Assembly (NCBI GenBank): GCA_041640575.1
Contig: JBEPZZ010000063.1
Location: forward strand, 1-10,481
From: Pseudothermotoga sp.
GTDB lineage: Bacteria; Thermotogota; Thermotogae; Thermotogales; DSM-5069
Length of the DNA stretch: 10,481 bases
Direction of reading: 5' to 3'
Shown here: in pieces, positions 1 to 7,555 of the stretch
Layout: the number at the start of each line of letters is the position of its first letter
How positions within the stretch are numbered: the stretch's first letter is position 1
The notes under the pieces: generated by a model
The model's input: the letters and a program-made list of their open reading frames with translations, nothing else
Told to the model about the DNA's origin: nothing
Database searches by the model: none
Made by a program: the position numbers and the translations under genes

Positions 1-136
1 GTCTATCAGAGAAGTTTTTGCCACTAAGCCAGAGGAATTTGATCCAAGAAAATACTTAGGTCCAGCAAGAGATGCTGTCAAAGAAGTCGTTAAGCATAAA
101 ATGAGATACGTTCTGGGTTGCAGCGGTCAGGCTTGA
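1..136 (+). CDS. fba: Class II fructose-1,6-bisphosphate aldolase, 3' end only (runs in from the window edge)
   Basis: The frame starting at nt 2 reads SIREVFATKPEEFDPRKYLGPARDAVKEVVKHKMRYVLGCSGQA* with TGA at 134-136. FDPRKYLGPAR...KM...G.SG.A is the typical C-terminus of class II FBP aldolases. Not in the ORF track because it is truncated. Confidence 0.88.
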   Translation, partial: SIREVFATKPEEFDPRKYLGPARDAVKEVVKHKMRYVLGCSGQA

Positions 137-158
137 TCGAGCCTGATCGCTGTTGTTT
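120..158 (+). terminator. Long GC-rich hairpin with a weak U-tail; candidate intrinsic terminator for fba
   Basis: CAGCGGTCAGGCTT (121-134) pairs with GAGCCTGATCGCTG (139-152): 12 Watson-Crick plus 2 G.U pairs around a GATC loop (135-138). TTGTTT follows at 153-158. Confidence 0.55.
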
Positions 159-474
159 CCCACAAGCCTTCCAAATCGTAGAATTCCCTACCGCGTTGTG
201 TGAAAACGTGAACTACTATATCTCCTGCATCTATTAATAACCAGTCGTAATCGGTCCCTTTGTCAAAATATATCAGCGCATGGCCGTTGCTTTCGAAGAA
301 TTCAACTATTGCATCTCTCAAAGCTCCCATGTGAATCTGTGAGTTTGCCGTGGCAATGACAAAATAATCTGTGGGTAGGGGTGTCTTTCTCATATCCAGT
401 ATTACTAGGTCTAATGCCTCTTTATCTTTCATTATCTTGAGTAGGGTCTTCAGTTCATTGAGAATTTCTCCCAT
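127..474 (-). CDS. rsfS: Ribosome silencing factor RsfS (Iojap/YbeB family)
   Basis: Family motifs DYFVIATANS, W.LID.GD.VVHVF and R.FYDLE.LW; 115 aa; SD GGAGGG upstream of the ATG at 474. Confidence 0.95.
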   Translation of the reverse strand: MGEILNELKTLLKIMKDKEALDLVILDMRKTPLPTDYFVIATANSQIHMGALRDAIVEFFESNGHALIYFDKGTDYDWLLIDAGDIVVHVFTQRGREFYDLEGLWETTAIRLDQA

Positions 475-486
475 CTGATCCCTCCA

Positions 487-2295
487 TCACTCCACAGTGA
501 CACTTTTTGCAAGATTTCTTGGCCTGTCAGGATCAAGTCCAAGTCCATCAGAAACATAGTAAGCAAAAAGCTGAATAGCTGGGGTCATCAATATTGGATA
601 AAGTTCATCAAAGCTGTTAGTTACATAGATTACATCGTCGGCTATTTCTCGTGCTTCTTCATTTGTCTCATCAGTAAGCATCAATATTTTTGCCTTTCTT
701 GAACGACACTCGATTATGTTGCTTTTCATTTTGGAGAAAAGATAATCACTCGGCGCTATTGCAAACACTGGGAAATCTGGTCCCAACATGGCTATCGGCC
801 CATGTTTCAGCTCCCCTGCTGGATACGCCGTCGCATGAATATAACTTATTTCTTTTAACTTAAGAGCACCCTCTAATGCGATCGGATAACCATAACCCCT
901 GCCAACGTACATAAAATGCTTAAAATTTTTGTACTTTGAGGCTATTTCTTGAATCTTGTTGGCATTGTTCAATAGATTTTCAAAAATCTCTGGTATCCTC
1001 AAGAGCCTATCAACAATGTCCTCGTGCCTTTCGTTCCAAAGACCTCTCAGTTCAACTATTTTCAATGCCAGAAGATAAAGCATTATTAGCTGAGAAACAT
1101 GAGATTTTGTTGCGGCTACACTTATCTCAGGTCCTGCGTTAAGGTAAAGAACATAATCCGATTCTCTGCTCAAGGTAGACCCGACAACATTTGTAATAGC
1201 CACTATTTTTGATCCCTGAGATTTCGCAAGCCTAATAGATTCTAGCGTATCAGCTGTTTCCCCAGACTGGGATATTGCGACAACTAGATCTTCATTTTTT
1301 GCATTCTGTTTCTTGTAGCGAAATTCTGACGAAACTTCGACATCGACGTGTACATCCGATAAGTTTTCCATGAGATATTTGAAAGAGAGTGCTGCATGAT
1401 AGCTAGTTCCACATGCAACAACTTTTATAAGATCTTTATTCTTCAACTTTTCGTTTAAGCCTTCTAGTTCTTCAAAATTCACTCTTGAATTTTTTATTCG
1501 TCCAGTTAGAACCGAGACTATGCAGGCTGGTTCTTCAAAAATTTCCTTAAGCATGAAATGCTTAAAACCAGATTTTTGTGCTGCTTCGTAAGACCAAGTT
1601 ATTTCTACTGGTTGACGTTCTTTCAGCGTGCCATCGAAGGAAAAGATTCTCATATTATCTTTTGCTATAACTACTATCTCTCCGTCTTCAAGTGGGGTAA
1701 TGTGTCTTGAGTACTTTAACAGAGGAGGTATATCTGAAGCCAGTCCACTTCTGCATGCAACAAGTGGGCTTCCTTTTCTTGCACCAATTATCAATCCGGG
1801 GTGATCAATGTGCATAACAGCGATGGCGAAACTGCCTTCTAATTTGAGTAAGGTCTTTCTTACTGCTTCAAACAGATCACCATTGTAGTGTTCCTCAATC
1901 AAGTGAGGGATTATTTCTGTGTCGGTTTGCGAAACAAAGCGGTGACCAAGTTCCATCAAACGCGCTTTCAGTGGTCGGAAATTTTCGATAATCCCGTTGT
2001 GGACAACGACTAACTTCTTTTTGCAGTCGCAGTGTGGATGAGCATTAATATCGTTCGGTTCCCCGTGCGTTGCCCAGCGAGTGTGAGCAATGCCAATGTT
2101 TATAGTCTTGTCAAGTTGGTCGTTCACCAAGTTCTTTAGATCCAAAACTTTCCCTTTTGTCTTTTCCACTTTTATTCCTTGTTCATCAAAGAAAGCCAAT
2201 CCAGCGGAATCGTATCCTCTGTATTCAAGCTTCTCAAGGGCCTCTATCAGGTCTGCTATTTTTATTTCCCCCACTAATCCCACTATTCCGCACAC
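487..2295 (-). CDS. glmS: Glutamine-fructose-6-phosphate aminotransferase (isomerizing)
   Basis: N-terminal MCGIVG (Ntn catalytic Cys), LEYRGYDSAG, HTRWATHG, HNGIIEN, SQSGETADT, ELKHGP and C-terminal PRNLAKSVTVE. GTG start with SD GAGGTG at 2305-2310. Confidence 0.98.
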   Translation of the reverse strand: MCGIVGLVGEIKIADLIEALEKLEYRGYDSAGLAFFDEQGIKVEKTKGKVLDLKNLVNDQLDKTINIGIAHTRWATHGEPNDINAHPHCDCKKKLVVVHNGIIENFRPLKARLMELGHRFVSQTDTEIIPHLIEEHYNGDLFEAVRKTLLKLEGSFAIAVMHIDHPGLIIGARKGSPLVACRSGLASDIPPLLKYSRHITPLEDGEIVVIAKDNMRIFSFDGTLKERQPVEITWSYEAAQKSGFKHFMLKEIFEEPACIVSVLTGRIKNSRVNFEELEGLNEKLKNKDLIKVVACGTSYHAALSFKYLMENLSDVHVDVEVSSEFRYKKQNAKNEDLVVAISQSGETADTLESIRLAKSQGSKIVAITNVVGSTLSRESDYVLYLNAGPEISVAATKSHVSQLIMLYLLALKIVELRGLWNERHEDIVDRLLRIPEIFENLLNNANKIQEIASKYKNFKHFMYVGRGYGYPIALEGALKLKEISYIHATAYPAGELKHGPIAMLGPDFPVFAIAPSDYLFSKMKSNIIECRSRKAKILMLTDETNEEAREIADDVIYVTNSFDELYPILMTPAIQLFAYYVSDGLGLDPDRPRNLAKSVTVE

Positions 2296-3250
2296 GCTCT
2301 ATCTCACCTCTAATATTTTCAATCAGCTTCATCTTGCAGCCTTTCACAGCAACATCAATAGCATTTCTAATGGCCAATCGGTCTGATGATCCGTGTGCTT
2401 TTACAACTATTCCGTCTACTCCTAGTATGAAGGCCCCACCATATGTTCTTGGGTCAAGTGAGACCTTTAATTCTGAGAAAACCTTTTTCATTAATAAAGC
2501 ACCGATTTTTGCAACAATTCCAGATTGTTCGATCTTTGCCTTCAACGTTTGCAATATCATTTTTGCTGTTCCTTCCATTGTTTTCATGGCTATATTTCCA
2601 GAAAATCCGTCTGTCACAACTACGTCGACCTTGCCGGTGTTTATATCACGTCCTTCAACATTTCCAATGAAAAATTCCGACAAGTTGTTTTTGAGAAGTT
2701 CATAAGCTTCCCTTGTGACTTCATCGCCTTTGTTTTCTTCTTCTCCTACATTTAGTAAACCGAGGGAAGGTTTTTCTTTACCAAGTACTCGTGCATATGC
2801 AACTCCCATGATGGCAAAATCAAGCAGTTGCTCAGATCTAACTCGTGCGTTTGCACCCGCGTCAATTAATATTGCGAAACCATTGGTTGATGGAACTGGG
2901 ACAGCCAAGGCTGGCCTTTCAACATCCTTGCTTCTTCCGACGACAAAAGTTGCTCCAGCCAGCAAAGCACCAGTGTTTCCAGCGCAAACAAAAGCATCGA
3001 CAATTTTCTCTTTGACTAATTTCAGGCCAACATACATTGAGGAAGTTTTCCGACGAAGAATTTCGGTTGGCTTAACATCCATTGGTAGAAAATCATCGAT
3101 TTCTACTTTCTCAAAACCATCGATTTTTTGTAAAACCTCTTTTGTACCTATCAAAACAAGTTGGCAGAGATCCTTTGACAAAAGGGCACCTTCAACAATT
3201 TCACCGGGTGCCCTGTCACCGCTCATTAAGTCTAAAGCAACACGTACCAT
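2234..3250 (-). CDS. plsX: Phosphate acyltransferase PlsX
   Basis: ALDLMSGD.AP, AGNTGAL, RPALA, DAGAN, LLNVGEE..KG, GNVEG.D, VVTDGFSGN and VVKAHGSS; canonical position after rpmF. Its 3' end overlaps the glmS start by 62 bp. Confidence 0.97.
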   Translation of the reverse strand: MVRVALDLMSGDRAPGEIVEGALLSKDLCQLVLIGTKEVLQKIDGFEKVEIDDFLPMDVKPTEILRRKTSSMYVGLKLVKEKIVDAFVCAGNTGALLAGATFVVGRSKDVERPALAVPVPSTNGFAILIDAGANARVRSEQLLDFAIMGVAYARVLGKEKPSLGLLNVGEEENKGDEVTREAYELLKNNLSEFFIGNVEGRDINTGKVDVVVTDGFSGNIAMKTMEGTAKMILQTLKAKIEQSGIVAKIGALLMKKVFSELKVSLDPRTYGGAFILGVDGIVVKAHGSSDRLAIRNAIDVAVKGCKMKLIENIRGEIERVRNSGISGGNKNSRPDRGP

Positions 3251-3254
3251 TTCC

Positions 3255-3437
3255 TTACTCTGCTACCTCTAGGATTTGTTTTCCATCGTAGTATCCACAG
3301 TGCAAACAAACTCTATGAGGTAGCTTTGGTTGACCACAATTTGGACATTTACTCATAGGTACACTGATAGCTCTGTAGGTTTTTGCCCTTTTGGCATTAG
3401 TTCGTGACTTGGATCTTTTCTGCGGCTGAACTCCCAT
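3255..3437 (-). CDS. rpmF: 50S ribosomal protein L32 (bL32), zinc-ribbon (C+) type
   Basis: 60-aa basic protein with CPNCG..KLPHRVCLHCGYY; lies between DUF177 and plsX; strong SD GAGGAGG. Confidence 0.96.
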   Translation of the reverse strand: MGVQPQKRSKSRTNAKRAKTYRAISVPMSKCPNCGQPKLPHRVCLHCGYYDGKQILEVAE

Positions 3438-3441
3438 TTTT

Positions 3442-3984
3442 TCAACCCTCCTCGTGCAAATGAGCCCTTATTTTCAAAAGATTCGTCCACCTCGGATCAA
3501 CATTTTGTTTGGAACAACTGTGATTTTGCTCTTCATTCAAATCGGCACCGCATATTGGGCATAAGCCTTCACAGTCTGGTTTGCACAAAACTCTTGTCGG
3601 AACATCCATTACGATTGCTTCTATTATTCGTTCCGACAAGTCTATTTTATCCGTTGAATAGTATAACACGTTTCTTAAGGACTCCAACTGTTCTTCTTTA
3701 GTTTTTGGTGCCTCCGAAATTGGTTTGTAGAGAGCTTCAATGGTTCCGTTTATGGAAACTTTGACCATTTTCAAGCACCTATCGCAAGGATGCTCTATGC
3801 TTGTACGGGCATATCCTCCAACCGCAATACCGTCATGGGTTATAACGGCAACTATTTTGACTTTCACAGGTTCCAAAACTCTGCACTTTGCTACAGGTAA
3901 ATCAACATACTCTACATTATAGATTCCCTCTAAGAAAATCCTTCTTTCTTTCAAAAGCGTTTCAATCTCCAAAACCCAGTTCAA
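3442..3984 (-). CDS. yceD: DUF177 / YceD family protein (large-subunit rRNA accumulation factor)
   Basis: PCDRCL, LC..DC.GLCPICG and DPRW motifs; conserved location upstream of rpmF; TTG start with SD GAGGTGG at 3989-3995. Confidence 0.92.
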   Translation of the reverse strand: MNWVLEIETLLKERRIFLEGIYNVEYVDLPVAKCRVLEPVKVKIVAVITHDGIAVGGYARTSIEHPCDRCLKMVKVSINGTIEALYKPISEAPKTKEEQLESLRNVLYYSTDKIDLSERIIEAIVMDVPTRVLCKPDCEGLCPICGADLNEEQNHSCSKQNVDPRWTNLLKIRAHLHEEG

Positions 3985-4009
3985 ATAACCACCTCATATC
4001 ACGTATAAT
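3980..4009 (+). promoter_or_regulatory. Putative housekeeping (sigma70/SigA) promoter for the slt-fliFGHI operon
   Basis: Perfect TATAAT at 4004-4009; TTCAAA (4/6 match to TTGACA) at 3980-3985 with an 18-bp spacer; SD AGGAG at 4016-4020 just downstream. Confidence 0.55.
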
Positions 4010-4030
4010 TTATTCAGGAGTGTGTCCAAT

Positions 4031-4915
4031 TTGAAAATACGTGTGCTATTATTGGTTTCACTGTTAATTGTCAATCTTTGTCTATCAAATCCACTCTTTT
4101 TTCTTACTTCAACAGCACCTCGTTTTACCATACAATTGTATAACAAGAGTATAAAGTTGTCTATGTCTCAACCATTTCTTTACAATAACTTACCAGTAGA
4201 TTGGTTCCTGCCAGAGCAAAACAAGGAACTTCTAAAAGGATTAATATCAGTTGAGTCCAGCTTCAACGTTCATGCTCTCTCGTCTGAAGGGGCAATTGGG
4301 CTTACACAGTTAATGCCTGGCACCGCACGATATCTTAACGTTAGAAATGCTTTCAATGCTTTTCAATCAATAGACGGTGCAAATCGCTATATCAATGAAC
4401 TTGTCAGACAATTTGGTGATCTGAAAACAGCTTTAGCGGCTTATTATGAGGGACCTACAAGGGTTAGAAATTATGGGCCATCCTCCTCTGCCATCAAATA
4501 CGCTGAGAATGTACTTGACGAGTCGAAAAGGTTAGCAAGAAGTCCTGTTTTTCTGAAAGATGTTTTCTACATGCAACCTTATGTGCAACTTGGAAATAAG
4601 TTTGGTGTTGGCATGGAAACTGGTTTTTCAATCCTTGGCATGATTGATTTTGTAGCTATGTTAGGTTATGAAGAACAGTTTAAACACCGGATTGTTGCTT
4701 ATCCGCGAATCACTCACGAACTAGCAATTATGGTTGGTGAAGATAATTCTAACCTTCTTCTTGGTATTTCTTATGAACAGCCAAAAGATTTTGGTGTAGA
4801 ATTCTATGTGACTATGAAAAATGTATCTTTATCGTCCTACCTTAAAGTCCTAGGACTTTTTGTGAAGCTTGGCTGGAGCTTCGAAGATGGCCTGTATTTT
4901 GGAATCATGAGATAA
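4031..4915 (+). CDS. Secreted SLT-family (GH23) lytic transglycosylase with a C-terminal beta-rich domain
   Basis: Signal peptide MKIRVLLLVSLLIVNLCLS. Motif I LISVESSFN (catalytic Glu at 4253-4255), motif II GAIGLTQLMP.TA, motif III ALAAYYEGP. Start moved from the ORF-track GTG 4022 (1 nt from SD AGGAG) to the in-frame TTG 4031 (10 nt). Confidence 0.88.
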   Translation: MKIRVLLLVSLLIVNLCLSNPLFFLTSTAPRFTIQLYNKSIKLSMSQPFLYNNLPVDWFLPEQNKELLKGLISVESSFNVHALSSEGAIGLTQLMPGTARYLNVRNAFNAFQSIDGANRYINELVRQFGDLKTALAAYYEGPTRVRNYGPSSSAIKYAENVLDESKRLARSPVFLKDVFYMQPYVQLGNKFGVGMETGFSILGMIDFVAMLGYEEQFKHRIVAYPRITHELAIMVGEDNSNLLLGISYEQPKDFGVEFYVTMKNVSLSSYLKVLGLFVKLGWSFEDGLYFGIMR

Positions 4916-4932
4916 TCTTTCGAGGTGGTAAC

Positions 4933-6543
4933 ATGGATTTTGTGAAGCAAATTATGGGCTTCTTCAAAAACTTATACGAAAAGTGGAAGCAAGTACCAAA
5001 AGCCAGCAAAATTCTGGTTGCTGGAATAGGAATCTCGATAATAGTTGTGCTTGTGATAACATTGGTTATGTTGACTAAACCAACTTACACCCTTCTTGTG
5101 AGTGGTTTGACTGATGAGCAATCTGGATATCTCATTCAGCAACTACAAAACATGGGAGTTCCTTACAAAGTTGAACCTGGTAGAATTCTCGTTCCAAGCA
5201 AGTATAACGTTTACGAACTAAGAATGAGACTTGCTTCTATGGGAGTCCTTGGGGCAACAACCAAAGGTTTTGAGATTCTTGATCAGCAAGCTTTTGGAAC
5301 CACAAGTTTTGATAAACAGGTCCGTTACCAAGTAGCATTGCAAGGTGAACTTGAAAGAAGTATTATTACGATAAATGGTGTGAAGTCAGCCCGTGTTCAT
5401 TTGACTTTGCCGAAGTACACATATTATGTACGAGGAGAAATGGCGGAACCAAGAGCATCTGTCTTAGTGATGCTCGAACCAGGGGTAGATCTTTCTCAGA
5501 ATCAAATCAAAGGGATCATGGAGCTCGTTGCCGGAGCAGTCGAAGGATTAAAGCTTGAAAATGTCAGGGTCATAGATCAAAATTCGCGTGTTCTAAGTGA
5601 TAAGGTCATAACCTCTCGTGATACTCTTCTTGCAAGTACTAGAGCCGAATTAAAGATGAGTCTTGAGAATTATTACGGTAGAAAAATAAAGCAAACTCTT
5701 GAGGCAGTTTTCGGGGCAGGTAAAGTGGAAGTCATACCAGATGTGAAGCTGAATTGGACCAAGATCGAAAGAGAGTCTACAATTTATGAACCAGTGACTA
5801 GACAGGGTGGAATAATTAGAAGTCAAGAGCAAGAGGTTGAAAAAAGTGTGAATTTTCCTTTAACTGGTGGAGCTGTGGGAACAGATTCGAACATTCCACC
5901 AACCTATCCAAGTATTACTTCTCAGGCGACTTCCACGTATGAAAGAACGCATACTATAACTAATTATGAGATCAACAAAATTGTAGAAAATGTTGTTCAA
6001 AATAAAGAGGGAGAAATCGAGGCAGTAACTCTGTCAGTTATAGTTGACGCTTCTTCTTCTGCTCTGCAAAAATTCGACGAAAAAGAGGCACAGAAGTGGG
6101 CATCAATAGTCTCAGACCTGGTTGAAAAAGGTATAGCAGCCACAGTCAACAATGCAAAACTCTCCATTTCAGTTGCGTTCTTGCCGTTCGACAGAACTTT
6201 TGAGGAGGAATACAAAAGAAGTTTGGCAGAAATGGAAAGAAGAAGAAGATACGTTATGACAATGGTTGGAGTCAGTTTGCTTATAGTCCTAGGGTTCATG
6301 ATGGTATATCTTCTGATTTTGCAATTAAGACGTGTGAAAGCCAGAAGATTGGTTGAAGAGAGAAAGTTGAAGATGGAAGAAGAATTGAAAAAGATTTTGG
6401 AAGAAGAAGCAAAGGAAGAGATTCTTACACCAGAACAGCAAGCCTTGCTTGAGTTAAAAGAAATCCTGGAAAAGATGTATGTTGAATCCCCTGAGGAGAT
6501 TGCCAGCATAATAAAACTCTGGCTTGTGGAAAGAGGTGCTTGA
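4933..6543 (+). CDS. fliF: Flagellar MS-ring protein FliF
   Basis: Two TM segments, GFEILD..FG.TSF, ALQGELERSI, ARVHL.LP, ASV.V.L, G.VGTDSN.P, NYEINK, and the FliG-binding tail PEEIASIIKLWL; SD GAGGTGG at 4922-4928. Confidence 0.97.
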   Translation: MDFVKQIMGFFKNLYEKWKQVPKASKILVAGIGISIIVVLVITLVMLTKPTYTLLVSGLTDEQSGYLIQQLQNMGVPYKVEPGRILVPSKYNVYELRMRLASMGVLGATTKGFEILDQQAFGTTSFDKQVRYQVALQGELERSIITINGVKSARVHLTLPKYTYYVRGEMAEPRASVLVMLEPGVDLSQNQIKGIMELVAGAVEGLKLENVRVIDQNSRVLSDKVITSRDTLLASTRAELKMSLENYYGRKIKQTLEAVFGAGKVEVIPDVKLNWTKIERESTIYEPVTRQGGIIRSQEQEVEKSVNFPLTGGAVGTDSNIPPTYPSITSQATSTYERTHTITNYEINKIVENVVQNKEGEIEAVTLSVIVDASSSALQKFDEKEAQKWASIVSDLVEKGIAATVNNAKLSISVAFLPFDRTFEEEYKRSLAEMERRRRYVMTMVGVSLLIVLGFMMVYLLILQLRRVKARRLVEERKLKMEEELKKILEEEAKEEILTPEQQALLELKEILEKMYVESPEEIASIIKLWLVERGA

Positions 6544-6544
6544 T

Positions 6545-7555
6545 GTGCCTGAAAAGAAGCAGTTCCCAGGTAGGAGAAAGGCCGCTATAATTCTTTTGTT
6601 GCTAGGACCAGAAAAGGCCGCAAGGGTCTTGAAACACTTAGACGAGTCAGATGTTGAACAGTTAACAATTGAGCTAGCCAACCTTGGTAAAGTTACCGAT
6701 GAAGAGAAAAAGGCTGTGCTTTCAGAGTTTCAGGATCTTGCAAAAGCTCGAGAAATGATCTCCCAGGGTGGAATTGAATACGCAAAACAAGTTTTGATCA
6801 AAGCTTTTGGCCCCGAAAAGGCGATGAAAATCATAGAGAGACTTGTGTCGAATTTACAAGTCAAACCGTTTGATTTTCTTTCCCAGGCTGACCCAGTTCA
6901 ATTGGTGAATTTTCTTCAGAGTGAACATCCGCAAACCGTTGCTTTGATTCTCAGCTACCTTGATCCGTCATACGCTGGAAGGATTCTTTCATCACTCCCT
7001 GAGGATTTTCAAATTGAGGTTGTCAAACGCATAGCATTGCTTGAGAGGACGTCTCCGGATGTCATTCGTGAGATCGAAAAAAATCTTGAGAAAAAATTGA
7101 CCGGATTTGTCAGTCAAACCTTCAGTAAAATTGGTGGTGTTGATACTGCAGCAAACATTATGAATAGCTTAGATAGAAGCTCAGAGAAGAAAATTATGGA
7201 AAAGCTAAGCTACGATTCACCTGAGTTGGCTGAAGATATAAGAAGAAGAATGTTTGTGTTTGAAGATATAGTGAAAATTGATGATCGGTCAGTGCAACTG
7301 GTACTCAGAGAAGTTGAAACTCGAGATCTGGCTTTAGCTCTGAAAGGTGCATCAGAAGAAGTGAAAGAGAAAATATTCAAGAACATTTCGAAACGTGCAG
7401 CTCAGTTGTTGCAGGATGAGCTAGAATACATGGGGCCTGTTAGAGTCAAAGATGTTGAAGAAGCTCAGCAGAAGATAATAAACGTGATAAGAAGACTTGA
7501 AGAAGCTGGAGAAATCATTATAGCAAAAGGCGGAGGCGAGGAGCTGATAGTGTGA
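6545..7555 (+). CDS. fliG: Flagellar motor switch (C-ring) protein FliG
   Basis: G.RKAAI.LL.LG, EHPQ motif, GG linker, MFVF motif and GPVR..DVEEAQ. Start set to GTG 6545 (MPEKK...), 6 nt after SD GAGGTG at 6533-6538, rather than the ORF-track 6524. Confidence 0.97.
   Translation: MPEKKQFPGRRKAAIILLLLGPEKAARVLKHLDESDVEQLTIELANLGKVTDEEKKAVLSEFQDLAKAREMISQGGIEYAKQVLIKAFGPEKAMKIIERLVSNLQVKPFDFLSQADPVQLVNFLQSEHPQTVALILSYLDPSYAGRILSSLPEDFQIEVVKRIALLERTSPDVIREIEKNLEKKLTGFVSQTFSKIGGVDTAANIMNSLDRSSEKKIMEKLSYDSPELAEDIRRRMFVFEDIVKIDDRSVQLVLREVETRDLALALKGASEEVKEKIFKNISKRAAQLLQDELEYMGPVRVKDVEEAQQKIINVIRRLEEAGEIIIAKGGGEELIV

Noticed and set aside
2296..2450. glmS ribozyme upstream of glmS
   Set aside because: The region is plsX coding sequence and I see no ribozyme consensus.
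936..2755. Short + strand ORFs inside glmS/plsX (936-1142, 2090-2386, 2443-2670, 2525-2755)
   Set aside because: Shadow ORFs fully antisense to highly conserved genes.
2157..3272. Two long same-frame antisense ORFs (182 and 185 aa) covering plsX, separated by one stop
   Set aside because: They lie in the antisense frame that shares wobble positions with plsX, where stops need Tyr/His/Gln codons, which are scarce in PlsX. The products are Ser/Pro/Thr/Phe-rich with no recognisable motifs.
3082..3922. Short + strand ORFs 3082-3291 and 3740-3922
   Set aside because: Antisense to plsX/rpmF and yceD, with no recognisable motifs.
6230..6420. GAA/AGA-rich low-complexity tracts in fliF
   Set aside because: Explained by the Arg/Glu/Lys-rich helices flanking FliF TM2.
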